A DNA stretch of 64,000 nucleotides, taken from the NCBI GenBank assembly GCA_965223335.1, contig OZ244991.1, positions 1,120,001 through 1,184,000 on the forward strand, in the 5' to 3' direction. A program made the translations under genes and the position numbers. Within the stretch, counting starts at the first letter, position 1. Each line of letters opens with the position of its first letter. The notes beneath the pieces are model-generated. The model was not told the origin of the DNA, did no database searches, and worked only from the letters and a program-made list of their open reading frames with translations. This stretch comes from Thermodesulfobacteriota bacterium. GTDB taxonomy: Bacteria > Desulfobacterota_D > UBA1144 > Nemesobacterales > UBA2774. Positions 9,779-20,144 of the stretch are shown in pieces.

Positions 9779-11008
9779 ATGAGTAACAAGGGTTTTACAA
9801 TCATAGAAATGTTAATCTCGGCCTCGATCCTATCGATAATGATCGTTGCCATGACAGTTGCCTTCCAACAGCAGCAGCGTCATTTCAACATAACAAAAGA
9901 AGCAGTGGATATGGACCAGACCGCAAGGTCTGTAATCGACTATATAGCATCCGAGATACGCAACTCCTCTGCGAGGCAGGGCAAGACGTTTAGCCTTAGC
10001 TTTACAAACGGAGGTAGCACGACGGGTCTTGATCCCGATGACCCCTGTGGAGCTAATACTGCTTCAGCGGGCACCAAGGACTCAGAGCCCGACTGCCTCA
10101 CGATATACACTTGGGACATCACCAAGGGTCAGTACACCGATGCTACAGGCAAGAGGATCTTTCCCTCATCTATGGCCCCTATGACGATAGTATCCCAGGG
10201 CCCCCCACTTGTGATACAGCTGCCTCAAGAGTGGTTCACAAAACCCGACGGTACACCTTTTACACCCCCGCTTATAGAAGCCGGGGACTTTTTAGGGTTC
10301 CGCTCAAGGATAAATCTCTGTCATCCAGACACAAACGTAGACTGCGGAGCTACTCCCACGCTGTGCACGGAGTGTGCAACGGTACTAGAGGTAAGCTCCG
10401 TAAACGTTAATAACAAGACTGCTACCATAAATGACGATTCTAGTTTAATAAAAGCACACAATTCAAACCAAACGTACTCAACCCTATCTAATTTTGTAAG
10501 CAATTTTATTTTACCAACCATAAGTTCCCAGTCCCACGAGATGACCCTGGTAAGCGGCAAGACGTTTAGAGTAGACCCGGAGACTAGGGCGTTTGAGATC
10601 TCAGAGAACGGAGAGGATTTCGAGACAGCAGCCGGGGGGTTCGATGCCCCCGGGATAGTGGACATACAGTACGTGTTTAACCTGCAGAACCCCGATGGAT
10701 CCATTACAAAAGTGGGTGTTGCCCCCGCAGCGGCTGATAACAGGTTCTCGGATTTTAGTGACGCCACACTGGTAGGAAGGGAACAGGACATAAGGTCAGT
10801 CGAGATATACGTGGTGGTTAAATCAAAGATAAAGCCCGTAAAGATACAGGGTGGGTATTACAGGAAGAACATACCCGCAGTAGGGGATGTAACAATCCGT
10901 ACAGTAGCCAATCCATCGGATTACCAAGAGCCCGAGGAGGGGTTTGCGTACAAGGTGTTTTCAGCGGTTGTGTACGTACGCAACTTTGCCCGGGAGGAAT
11001 TCGGATGA
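9779..11008 (+). CDS. pilW: Type IV minor pilin, PilW-like (copy 1)
   Basis: NKG|FTIIEMLIS prepilin motif, DQTARSVIDYIASEIRN helix, and C-terminal DIQYVF / IRSVEIYVVV / VYVRN pattern typical of PilW. Confidence 0.82.
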   Translation: MSNKGFTIIEMLISASILSIMIVAMTVAFQQQQRHFNITKEAVDMDQTARSVIDYIASEIRNSSARQGKTFSLSFTNGGSTTGLDPDDPCGANTASAGTKDSEPDCLTIYTWDITKGQYTDATGKRIFPSSMAPMTIVSQGPPLVIQLPQEWFTKPDGTPFTPPLIEAGDFLGFRSRINLCHPDTNVDCGATPTLCTECATVLEVSSVNVNNKTATINDDSSLIKAHNSNQTYSTLSNFVSNFILPTISSQSHEMTLVSGKTFRVDPETRAFEISENGEDFETAAGGFDAPGIVDIQYVFNLQNPDGSITKVGVAPAAADNRFSDFSDATLVGREQDIRSVEIYVVVKSKIKPVKIQGGYYRKNIPAVGDVTIRTVANPSDYQEPEEGFAYKVFSAVVYVRNFAREEFG

Positions 11009-11052
11009 TCTTACGGGGTAGAGGAAATAGTTAATTTAGGAGACGGATATTA

Positions 11053-11673
11053 ATGGTTATTAACGAGAGAAAACATAAAAATCATAGGAAGGGAGAGAGA
11101 GGGATAGCGATAATCCTAGCGCTTATAATGCTATTGGTAATGTCGGTGCTGGCAATAACAATCTCGTTTAACTCCAATATGGATTTCCGCACTATGTCTA
11201 ACTACAAGAGGGGACAGGAAGCATTTTTGGCGGCCGAGAGGTGTGTGGCCCTTGTAAGGAACCAGTTTGAAACACTTGGGATCGAGGTCATTTTCTTTCA
11301 ACTTCAGAGCAATAACCCTATTGGGCTAGAGGAGCTGATTGCAAAGAGTGGAGTGGATTGCAATACCGACCCCGAGCTATGTGCGGTGTGCAGGACAGGG
11401 CAGAGGGAGTTTAACAGGACCTCTCCATCCGATCCTGCACCTTTTGTAGACGTACCGCCGCCTTCAAAGACCACAGGCAGGCCGATTAAACACACGAGCC
11501 TGGCATCAGGGGGTTTGGGGGGAGCAGCGCTGGTTACAACCACGTTTGTAGTAACGGGCAAGGATGTGAGGGATGAGGATAAAGACGACACAGATCCAGA
11601 TATAAACACGGGGACCGAGATAGCGGGTGGATTCGAAACATTTGTTCCGGGAGGTGCAAGTAATGTTTACTAG
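11053..11673 (+). CDS. pilX: Type IV minor pilin, PilX-like (copy 1)
   Basis: GERG|IAIILALIMLLVMSVLA lacking E5 (PilX hallmark); EAFLAAE motif; stop overlaps the pilY1 start. Confidence 0.85.
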   Translation: MVINERKHKNHRKGERGIAIILALIMLLVMSVLAITISFNSNMDFRTMSNYKRGQEAFLAAERCVALVRNQFETLGIEVIFFQLQSNNPIGLEELIAKSGVDCNTDPELCAVCRTGQREFNRTSPSDPAPFVDVPPPSKTTGRPIKHTSLASGGLGGAALVTTTFVVTGKDVRDEDKDDTDPDINTGTEIAGGFETFVPGGASNVY

Positions 11674-14600
11674 TTTTAAGAGAGGCAAAAGGCAAATTTT
11701 TACAAGAATTACTATATTTACATTACTTTTGGCGTTTATGTTGGTCTCGGGTGCCCAGGGCAGGGATATTATAAAGAACCAGGTAGAGGATATAGATATC
11801 CTCATATCCCAGGTGTTCGGTGGTGAGCCCAATGTGCTTATGATATACGACAGCTCACTTTTGATGGGAGTTAACTTCGCCGGGAACCAAACCGGCAATT
11901 GGGACGATGTGGATGTAACCACTACGTGTAATGATCCCAATATCCAATTTGTGTGTGCTCAACAAGGAGCAACTTCCACTGACTGTCAATCAGCCATAGC
12001 TCACTGCACAGGTAATGCAGCGGGGTTAAACCCATGCGGCAGTTTGGCGTGCTCGGGCTCAAGAAGCGGGACATGTGAGCAGGGAGAACAGTTCCTTGAG
12101 TTTCTGGAGTGTATCGAAGACACATATCCGGCCAGCATTGTCGATGCTGCATATACCGCAGCTATGCCTATAGCGTGTAAACAGACCGGAAACGATCCGA
12201 GAACCCTATGTTTTGACGGAGGAGGGTACTTAGACGAGGCAGAGCGTGCGGTTGCTGCAGATTTTATAGAGAACTACGCGCTTTTTCTGGCCAATGATCA
12301 AGGTGTTGTGTTAACACCCAATAGCAGGTTAAACCCCGCATTCGATACTAGTAGCGTACCGCCCTTAAACTGCGGAGCTAGTGCGTGTGCTACCGGTACA
12401 GATACTGATAAATCGTGCGGTAATGATTTCCCAGCGTTCGATACATGCAGTAATAGTACAAACATTCAGCCCTCGGCTACCGCTTGTACCGCGGGCCAAT
12501 CGTGCGCCCCGGGATTTAACGGCAGCACTCGGTTAGATATGGTCATAGCATCGTTCTTTGACATTATTGACGCCGACGATTCACTCCAGAACACCAACTG
12601 TCGCGATGAAAATGGTCTACTCACAGGCATTAACAACGAAACTATTACTTGTGAAGAATTCTTAAACACTCCCTTTAGAGACTCGGGAGCTATAACATCA
12701 GTTAACAATGCGAGATTACCTAGTATAGGGGGTGGACAAGCCCCTAGAATGATCGACCTCTTGGACATAAATGACCAAAGGGAGCTCGGTATCAGAATCC
12801 GCCCTGTAGCATTCGGTTTAGGTGATCTAGACGGAAATACTAGCTGTACCGGCAATGGTGCAATTGCGGGTCCTCAGGGTGGTTTTGCCGGGGGTAGCCA
12901 GCTAAATATTGATAACGTTTGGAAGTTTTTTAGAGACTTAACACCCGAGGGCCGGTCCAACCTTGCCGGTGTCATAGGCATTGACGACAGTTCAGCCTCA
13001 AACAGCACCTATGGCGACGATGCTCTTAGGGATTTCCGTATTCAGATTCAGACCGGTGGTACAAGCGAGTGCGCGCCTAACTTTGCAATAATCATTAGTA
13101 ATGGGCAGGACCAGTGTTCAGGGGACGGCACCGCTCTACCGGGGTCAGTTCAAAGCAACACCAATTTCCCCCCTGAAACCGGTAACGCAAACAGACGCAG
13201 CACACTTCAGGCTGTAAGCAACCTCAGGACCCACTTTGTCAGGAACCCCCAGTCTTCCCAAAGCGGAAATGTAGTGTCCGAAGTGCTTAGCTTTGTAATA
13301 TGCCTTGGGGTGAGCAATTCAAAGTCTATAAGGGCCTGTAATCTGATGGCTATAACGGGTGGGACGAGTAGTAACGGCATTATCCAGCACCTTGGTCCAA
13401 ACGGCGTGAGCGGGGCATTCGATATAGACGCTACATCCCTATCTGCAGGGATAAAAGCTGTAGGTAAAGCTGAGGTAGGGGCTGCCAACCTCACGACTAA
13501 TCCTGCTGCCGTAACCCTACAAAACTGCATGGAGACCAATGCTGCTGAGGGTGCGCCTATGGCTACGGCACTAAATGGTCCACATTGCGATTTTGGCCCT
13601 GCAGCTGATTTTGAGGTATTTCCCAACGAGCTTTTTGATTCAACTGCCCCAAGCTCTCTCGATTCAACGAGTATCGGCAACAGCTACGCATTCTTTGTGA
13701 ATTCACCCCAAGAGTTAAAGGTGGCATTCGATACAATCTTTGGGTTCATCGATACATTCCCCACCGCCGGTGTCTCACCTACCGCACCACAGTCCTCTAC
13801 GGCCGTGGCAGCTAGGGACAGGATACTGCTCGCCTTGATCCGCCCGATAACCGATAAGCGGTTTTGGCAGGGCCGGTTGGCCCTCTACGGCTTTGTCCCT
13901 GTTCCCGGGTCTTCCGGTGCAAGGACGGTTATAAGGAAACCCTCACCAGGCGATGATCTAACCAACGCATCAGTGGTTGAGGACCTGTCAATATTTGCAG
14001 ATGACGGTTCACTTAATTCCAATGCACAGATGTTCTTTTGGGAAGCCGGCAAGGAGCTTGCAGAGCGCGACCTATCCTCGGATCAACGGAGAATATTTAC
14101 AGTTGATCGTACAAGCGATGTAGACCAGGAGACAAGCGGCGGGGTAGTCGAGAGAATAAGGTACGAGGGTGAGAGGACGGATTTTTGTTTAGCCGGGTCT
14201 ACGGGGTGTAACCCTGGTCTCGACGCCACGGATTTCGGTATCACGGATGACGATGTTACTGATCCAATTCCCCAGTTTTGCACCGGTGCCACACTAGCTG
14301 ACGGCTCGCCCAACATCGGATATGTAGCAGACTGTAATGCAGACTGTGCCGTGTTGCCGTTTACCGCTGCGTGCAAAACATGTGTAAAGGACTGTATAAC
14401 CCAGAAAGTTATAGACTTTTTTACAGGCGAAACCTATATACAAACTCGTAACGATCCCCTGGGCGAGCCTACCGAGGATGCGTGTCCGGCCACTGGACCG
14501 GGCATTATAGGGTGTGACTGCCCGGATTTTGAGGCCGATCCCCCAGTGTTAACATTTGAAAACTGTTCAGTGCGCCTTGGTGATATTTTCCACGGGGGGC

Positions 14601-16597
14601 CGATCCTCGTGGCTTCCCCAAACCCGCTTTTCTTTGATGTAGGGTTTCAAGCGTTTGGTGTGAATTTTAGGGACCGATCGGCGGCAGTATATGCAAACGC
14701 AAACGACGGAGGTGTACACAGCTTCCACGCCGGCGAGCTTGTAGAAGCTACTCCCTCAAGCCCCGAAACCAATCCCTTTACCAACCAGGACGAGGTCGTA
14801 TCGTTTTTCAGCCCCGGCACGGGGAAGGAGCTCTTTAATTTCATTACCCCTTCATTTCAGCCCGACTCAAGGTCTCAAAACGACCCATTCACACCGGCTG
14901 ATCCAAGTGGGACAAGTATTACGGGAATCCCACCCGACTACCGTTTCGGTGACATGAAGACATTCATAGCCGAGAACATGTTCCAAAGATCATGGTTCGA
15001 CAGTACTCCTGTGGTAGCCGATGTGTTTATGGACGGGTACGAGAATGGTATACAGGACGGTGGGCTTACCGGCTGCTCAAGTACCGTATCTACGGACGGC
15101 GAGATCGATGTATGTGGTAAGGAATGGCACACGGTGCTTATGACCGCATACCGAAACGGCGGCGGAGCCTATACGGCGATTGATGTAACCAACTTGGCGT
15201 GCAGCAACGATAACTGCGATGCGGTTGATTTACATAAAAATACGGGCCCCGAGTATCCGCGCCACCTATGGACACTGTTTGACAAAGACTTCGGCAACAG
15301 CTGGTCAGACGTAACAATAGGCAGGGCACGTATGCAGACCGAAAGCGGCGGCAATACAATACTTGTGGATAGGTGGCTTATGTATATAGGGGGCGGACTC
15401 GATCCCATAGACACCGATCCCCTGGACGGTGTCCAGTTCGGCAACGCATTTTATGTTATAGATATAACAACCGGGCAGATTGTGTTTAAGTTCCACCCCA
15501 CTGACCCTATACCCACAAACTTCCCCGATCCCGGCAACGAGAAGATCAAGATGACTTGTGATATGGCCGCTAAAGTGGGCGCCTTTGACCTAAACAATGA
15601 TGGTTATGTAGATGTTGTATACGCGGGGGATACGTGCGGGCGCCTTTGGGAATTTGATGTCTCGATGCCTATAATCGATACGGATAATAATGTGTCGAAC
15701 ACAGGACTCAGGGGTAACCCCTCGGGCTCAGACCCCGATATAGAGGCCAGTGACTGGACCGGGCACATTGCGTTTTGCGCTGTGGACGACATATCCGATT
15801 GCAATAACACCTCCAATATCGCCCCCGATCAGAGGGAAGCAATATTTTTTGCTCCTACACTTGTGCTTGACGACCTGGGACGCAGACACGTCATAGTAGG
15901 CACGGGCAATAGAAGGAACCCAAGCACCATTACCCAGTTCGGGAGGCTCTATAATTTCATTGATCCCTTCATCCCGGCTTTCTTGGCCGGCGGCGGAGCG
16001 GTAGGAGCCACGACAAAGACCAGGGACGATTTTGATCCTTCGGCTGGACAGGTATTAAACCTGGTACCTTCCGGAAACGGCGATAATCTCTTTAATATCC
16101 AGGGGACCGATCCCCAGAACAACCAGGGTGAGTTTATGGTGAACTTCCCCAATAATTTAGATTCAAGCGGTGGGAACACCACGGTTGACCCGAAAGGAGA
16201 GAAAGCAATCGGTGTACCTGTGGTTATTAATAGGGTGCTTATATTCACCACATTCGCACCGCCCACGGGCAGCGGTTCAACCAACGCGTGCATTGCCGGT
16301 ACCGGCGAGGGGCGTATATTTGCGCTTGATTATCTGACGGGGGTACCGGCACTAAACCGTGTGCCAGGGGCAAGTGAATTGCTTAGCAACCAATCAAACC
16401 CCGACGATATTTCGGGGCTCACAGCTGCCGAGGGCATGCCTTCCCCCGCACAGCTTACCTACGGCACAAGGGGTTCAGTACTCTTGACCGTTGCGTTCTC
16501 AGGTGGGCCTAGCTTGGGAGGAGCATCTTTCTTTGTTTGGGAGCTTCCACCGTTCCCGTCTAGAACACAGACCTTGTATTGGGAAGAGATATTGTAA
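11663..16597 (+). CDS. pilY1: PilY1/PilC pilus tip adhesin (copy 1, ~1644 aa), vWA-like N-domain with degenerate MIDAS
   Basis: ATG 11663 after GGAGGTG; Sec signal; LGDIFHG, ANANDGGVHSF, Ca-loop DLNNDGYVDVVYAGD, GTGN, IFTTFAP, terminal YWEEIL. Confidence 0.88.
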   Translation: MFTSFKRGKRQIFTRITIFTLLLAFMLVSGAQGRDIIKNQVEDIDILISQVFGGEPNVLMIYDSSLLMGVNFAGNQTGNWDDVDVTTTCNDPNIQFVCAQQGATSTDCQSAIAHCTGNAAGLNPCGSLACSGSRSGTCEQGEQFLEFLECIEDTYPASIVDAAYTAAMPIACKQTGNDPRTLCFDGGGYLDEAERAVAADFIENYALFLANDQGVVLTPNSRLNPAFDTSSVPPLNCGASACATGTDTDKSCGNDFPAFDTCSNSTNIQPSATACTAGQSCAPGFNGSTRLDMVIASFFDIIDADDSLQNTNCRDENGLLTGINNETITCEEFLNTPFRDSGAITSVNNARLPSIGGGQAPRMIDLLDINDQRELGIRIRPVAFGLGDLDGNTSCTGNGAIAGPQGGFAGGSQLNIDNVWKFFRDLTPEGRSNLAGVIGIDDSSASNSTYGDDALRDFRIQIQTGGTSECAPNFAIIISNGQDQCSGDGTALPGSVQSNTNFPPETGNANRRSTLQAVSNLRTHFVRNPQSSQSGNVVSEVLSFVICLGVSNSKSIRACNLMAITGGTSSNGIIQHLGPNGVSGAFDIDATSLSAGIKAVGKAEVGAANLTTNPAAVTLQNCMETNAAEGAPMATALNGPHCDFGPAADFEVFPNELFDSTAPSSLDSTSIGNSYAFFVNSPQELKVAFDTIFGFIDTFPTAGVSPTAPQSSTAVAARDRILLALIRPITDKRFWQGRLALYGFVPVPGSSGARTVIRKPSPGDDLTNASVVEDLSIFADDGSLNSNAQMFFWEAGKELAERDLSSDQRRIFTVDRTSDVDQETSGGVVERIRYEGERTDFCLAGSTGCNPGLDATDFGITDDDVTDPIPQFCTGATLADGSPNIGYVADCNADCAVLPFTAACKTCVKDCITQKVIDFFTGETYIQTRNDPLGEPTEDACPATGPGIIGCDCPDFEADPPVLTFENCSVRLGDIFHGGPILVASPNPLFFDVGFQAFGVNFRDRSAAVYANANDGGVHSFHAGELVEATPSSPETNPFTNQDEVVSFFSPGTGKELFNFITPSFQPDSRSQNDPFTPADPSGTSITGIPPDYRFGDMKTFIAENMFQRSWFDSTPVVADVFMDGYENGIQDGGLTGCSSTVSTDGEIDVCGKEWHTVLMTAYRNGGGAYTAIDVTNLACSNDNCDAVDLHKNTGPEYPRHLWTLFDKDFGNSWSDVTIGRARMQTESGGNTILVDRWLMYIGGGLDPIDTDPLDGVQFGNAFYVIDITTGQIVFKFHPTDPIPTNFPDPGNEKIKMTCDMAAKVGAFDLNNDGYVDVVYAGDTCGRLWEFDVSMPIIDTDNNVSNTGLRGNPSGSDPDIEASDWTGHIAFCAVDDISDCNNTSNIAPDQREAIFFAPTLVLDDLGRRHVIVGTGNRRNPSTITQFGRLYNFIDPFIPAFLAGGGAVGATTKTRDDFDPSAGQVLNLVPSGNGDNLFNIQGTDPQNNQGEFMVNFPNNLDSSGGNTTVDPKGEKAIGVPVVINRVLIFTTFAPPTGSGSTNACIAGTGEGRIFALDYLTGVPALNRVPGASELLSNQSNPDDISGLTAAEGMPSPAQLTYGTRGSVLLTVAFSGGPSLGGASFFVWELPPFPSRTQTLYWEEIL

Positions 16598-16614
16598 TGA
16601 GGGGAGGCAAAGCG

Positions 16615-17172
16615 ATGAAGTTTCTCAAAAACAATAAAGGGTACAACATCATAGAAGTGCTCATCGTTGCGTCTGTGATGTCTATAATAATTGTTGTCGG
16701 GGCGTCTAATTTTTCCAGCAAATTCGCATTGCGCCGCTCTGTGGACGACACCACGCACAAGATTACCTCCACACTGCAGTTCATCAAACTGAAGGCGGGC
16801 CGAGAAGGTGTGGAGTACCAAGCCGAGCTGGATTTTGACCCAGTTACCCAAGTGCTGACTATCACTACGAACAGGGGTGACAGCAATATAAACTCTGCAA
16901 ATTTTACCGAAGAGGATGTGAACGAAGTAAAGTTGCTTTCGGATGTAATAATTGTTCCGTCCACACACACATTAATTTATAGACCCAACGGTACTATTGC
17001 TGCATCTGGTGTCGGGGACCTGGCTATCCATCCTCTTGCGGGTTCTGTCATAGAAAAATGCGGTGGGATATCCATAAACAGGTTCGGCAGGCTTAACATA
17101 GTGAATGGCAACTGGGACTACAACACGAATGAGTGCCATAGAATCGGAGACGATCAGGCAGTGCCTAATTAA
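16615..17172 (+). CDS. FimT/FimU (GspH-like) minor pilin (copy 1)
   Basis: ATG 16615 after GGAGG; NKG|YNIIEVLIV prepilin motif; YRPNG and INRFGR motifs typical of FimT/GspH. Confidence 0.78.
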   Translation: MKFLKNNKGYNIIEVLIVASVMSIIIVVGASNFSSKFALRRSVDDTTHKITSTLQFIKLKAGREGVEYQAELDFDPVTQVLTITTNRGDSNINSANFTEEDVNEVKLLSDVIIVPSTHTLIYRPNGTIAASGVGDLAIHPLAGSVIEKCGGISINRFGRLNIVNGNWDYNTNECHRIGDDQAVPN

Positions 17173-17292
17173 TTATGACGATGCTCCAATAATATGAAAA
17201 AATTTATCCTAAAGCAGCTTAAATAGACTATTTTCGTTTTAATAATTTTTGCCCGTTCAGTGGAACATTTTTTTATATAATAACCCAAAAAA

Positions 17293-17329
17293 CGTGCAAA
17301 ATACTGCACGCCTAGGCCTAATTTTGCAT
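17293..17329 (+). promoter_or_regulatory. Putative enhancer (UAS) for a sigma54 activator, pil operon 2
   Basis: CGTGCAAAATACTGCACG (17293-17310), the same GTGCA-N6-TGCAC form as at 8811, plus a second half-site TTGCAT ending 17329. Confidence 0.62.
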
Positions 17330-17402
17330 CCTCTGCAAATTGCCAGGCTTCAATTTCACAAAACCGCTAATCATCATTAATAGACTCTGCTATGTATTAA
17401 TA

Positions 17403-17418
17403 TGGCACGGATGTTGCC
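17403..17418 (+). promoter_or_regulatory. Sigma54 (-24/-12) promoter, pil operon 2
   Basis: TGGCACGGATGTTGCC, near-consensus TGGCAC-N5-TTGC, 35 bp before the pilV ATG. Confidence 0.8.
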
Positions 17419-17452
17419 AAAAGAGTGAGTACCTGATACGGAGGGGTACGGA

Positions 17453-18214
17453 ATGAGAATAGGGATGAGAGCATTGCACAGACAAGAGGGGTTCACATTA
17501 ACAGAAATCCTCATGGCGCTCATGATCATGATGATCGGTTTTTTAGCCATGGCCCAGATGCAGTTCCTGTCACTTAAACAGGGACAGATGGCAGAATCGG
17601 GCACAGTCGCAACAAACGCCCTTCAGTTTGTAAGCGATAGGGATATGAAGGAGGCCAGGAGACTCCACCTACTTAATGCAGCGGTCTACGTAGAAGCTCA
17701 ATCCGGGACCGCGCCTGCTAGCTTATCAACTGAGTACTGCGACGGTACGCCACCCGCAAGTTGTCCCAATCCCCCTTGTGCTGACCCCTGCACAAACTGT
17801 CCATGCAACCCGCTTGAGATTATCACCCCCAACCCAACGGACGGGACCACAGAGATCACATGCGCGGCGTTAAACGAAAAGAACTTCGACCCCGATAAGA
17901 TTGTGTATCGCACCACAAAAGCGCAGTGCGAAACAGATGCAAACGACATTATTAACAACGATGCAGGACAGCCGATATATATAGTAAAGGAAGTGTCAAC
18001 TGATGTAGTACAAGCTGTGGGGCAGCCCGATGTGTTTAACCTGACCATTACCTACGCCATAAAGAACATGAAACAGTTTGATAATACGGGAATAACCAGT
18101 GTTGAAATAGCGCACAGCCTAGCGAGCCAGTCCTATGTAGTAAGTGCGCACACAGACGACTGGTCGGGCTTTATACCCGGATGGAATACGGTGAACATCC
18201 CAAATGTGCCGTAG
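17453..18214 (+). CDS. pilV: Type IV minor pilin, PilV-like (copy 2)
   Basis: GGAGGGG RBS and ATG; QEG|FTLTEILMAL; the mature protein differs from copy 1 at 3 residues. Confidence 0.8.
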   Translation: MRIGMRALHRQEGFTLTEILMALMIMMIGFLAMAQMQFLSLKQGQMAESGTVATNALQFVSDRDMKEARRLHLLNAAVYVEAQSGTAPASLSTEYCDGTPPASCPNPPCADPCTNCPCNPLEIITPNPTDGTTEITCAALNEKNFDPDKIVYRTTKAQCETDANDIINNDAGQPIYIVKEVSTDVVQAVGQPDVFNLTITYAIKNMKQFDNTGITSVEIAHSLASQSYVVSAHTDDWSGFIPGWNTVNIPNVP

Positions 18215-18249
18215 TGATAAGAATGAATGGATATAAATGGGAGATATAG

Positions 18250-19479
18250 ATGAGTAACAAGGGTTTTACAATCATAGAAATGTTAATCTCGGCCTCGATC
18301 CTATCGATAATGATCGTTGCCATGACAGTTGCCTTCCAACAGCAGCAGCGTCATTTCAACATAACAAAAGAAGCAGTGGATATGGACCAGACCGCAAGGT
18401 CTGTAATCGACTATATAGCATCCGAGATACGCAACTCCTCTGCGAGGCAGGGCAAGACGTTTAGCCTTAGCTTTACAAACGGAGGTAGCACGACGGGTCT
18501 TGATCCCGATGACCCCTGTGGAGCTAATACTGCTTCAGCGGGCACCAAGGACTCAGAGCCCGACTGCCTCACGATATACACTTGGGACATCACCAAGGGT
18601 CAGTACACCGATGCTACAGGCAAGAGGATCTTTCCCTCATCTATGGCCCCTATGACGATAGTATCCCAGGGCCCCCCACTTGTGATACAGCTGCCTCAAG
18701 AGTGGTTCACAAAACCCGACGGTACACCTTTTACACCCCCGCTTATAGAAGCCGGGGACTTTTTAGGGTTCCGCTCAAGGATAAATCTCTGTCATCCAGA
18801 CACAAACGTAGACTGCGGAGCTACTCCCACGCTGTGCACGGAGTGTGCAACGGTACTAGAGGTAAGCTCCGTAAACGTTAATAACAAGACTGCTACCATA
18901 AATGACGATTCTAGTTTAATAAAAGCACACAATTCAAACCAAACGTACTCAACCCTATCTAATTTTGTAAGCAATTTTATTTTACCAACCATAAGTTCCC
19001 AGTCCCACGAGATGACCCTGGTAAGCGGCAAGACGTTTAGAGTAGACCCGGAGACTAGGGCGTTTGAGATCTCAGAGAACGGAGAGGATTTCGAGACAGC
19101 AGCCGGGGGGTTCGATGCCCCCGGGATAGTGGACATACAGTACGTGTTTAACCTGCAGAACCCCGATGGATCCATTACAAAAGTGGGTGTTGCCCCCGCA
19201 GCGGCTGATAACAGGTTCTCGGATTTTAGTGACGCCACACTGGTAGGAAGGGAACAGGACATAAGGTCAGTCGAGATATACGTGGTGGTTAAATCAAAGA
19301 TAAAGCCCGTAAAGATACAGGGTGGGTATTACAGGAAGAACATACCCGCAGTAGGGGATGTAACAATCCGTACAGTAGCCAATCCATCGGATTACCAAGA
19401 GCCCGAGGAGGGGTTTGCGTACAAGGTGTTTTCAGCGGTTGTGTACGTACGCAACTTTGCCCGGGAGGAATTCGGATGA
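18250..19479 (+). CDS. pilW: Type IV minor pilin, PilW-like (copy 2)
   Basis: Translation identical to 9779..11008. Confidence 0.82.
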   Translation: MSNKGFTIIEMLISASILSIMIVAMTVAFQQQQRHFNITKEAVDMDQTARSVIDYIASEIRNSSARQGKTFSLSFTNGGSTTGLDPDDPCGANTASAGTKDSEPDCLTIYTWDITKGQYTDATGKRIFPSSMAPMTIVSQGPPLVIQLPQEWFTKPDGTPFTPPLIEAGDFLGFRSRINLCHPDTNVDCGATPTLCTECATVLEVSSVNVNNKTATINDDSSLIKAHNSNQTYSTLSNFVSNFILPTISSQSHEMTLVSGKTFRVDPETRAFEISENGEDFETAAGGFDAPGIVDIQYVFNLQNPDGSITKVGVAPAAADNRFSDFSDATLVGREQDIRSVEIYVVVKSKIKPVKIQGGYYRKNIPAVGDVTIRTVANPSDYQEPEEGFAYKVFSAVVYVRNFAREEFG

Positions 19480-19523
19480 TCTTACGGGGTAGAGGAAATA
19501 GTTAATTTAGGAGACGGATATTA

Positions 19524-20144
19524 ATGGTTATTAACGAGAGAAAACATAAAAATCATAGGAAGGGAGAGAGAGGGATAGCGATAATCCTAGCGCTTATAAT
19601 GCTATTGGTAATGTCGGTGCTGGCAATAACAATCTCGTTTAACTCCAATATGGATTTCCGCACTATGTCTAACTACAAGAGGGGACAGGAAGCATTTTTG
19701 GCGGCCGAGAGGTGTGTGGCCCTTGTAAGGAACCAGTTTGAAACACTTGGGATCGAGGTCATTTTCTTTCAACTTCAGAGCAATAACCCTATTGGGCTAG
19801 AGGAGCTGATTGCAAAGAGTGGAGTGGATTGCAATACCGACCCCGAGCTATGTGCGGTGTGCAGGACAGGGCAGAGGGAGTTTAACAGGACCTCTCCATC
19901 CGATCCTGCACCTTTTGTAGACGTACCGCCGCCTTCAAAGACCACAGGCAGGCCGATTAAACACACGAGCCTGGCATCAGGGGGTTTGGGGGGAGCAGCG
20001 CTGGTTACAACCACGTTTGTAGTAACGGGCAAGGATGTGAGGGATGAGGATAAAGACGACACAGATCCAGATATAAACACGGGGACCGAGATAGCGGGTG
20101 GATTCGAAACATTTGTTCCGGGAGGTGCAAGTAATGTTTACTAG
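19524..20144 (+). CDS. pilX: Type IV minor pilin, PilX-like (copy 2)
   Basis: Translation identical to 11053..11673. Confidence 0.85.
   Translation: MVINERKHKNHRKGERGIAIILALIMLLVMSVLAITISFNSNMDFRTMSNYKRGQEAFLAAERCVALVRNQFETLGIEVIFFQLQSNNPIGLEELIAKSGVDCNTDPELCAVCRTGQREFNRTSPSDPAPFVDVPPPSKTTGRPIKHTSLASGGLGGAALVTTTFVVTGKDVRDEDKDDTDPDINTGTEIAGGFETFVPGGASNVY

Larger units (their letters stand above)
9013..11682 (+). repeat. Long direct repeat, copy A (~2.67 kb; partner 17484-20153)
   Basis: Colinear at constant offset 8471. About 7 substitutions seen by eye, all between 9107 and 9462. PilW and PilX translations are identical. Confidence 0.96.

Noticed and set aside
11627..11662. ORF-track N-terminal extension of pilY1 (also 20098, and 16579/24978 for the fimT-like genes)
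   Set aside because: Better starts at ATG 11663/20134 and 16615/24996 follow clear RBSs and give proper signal peptides.
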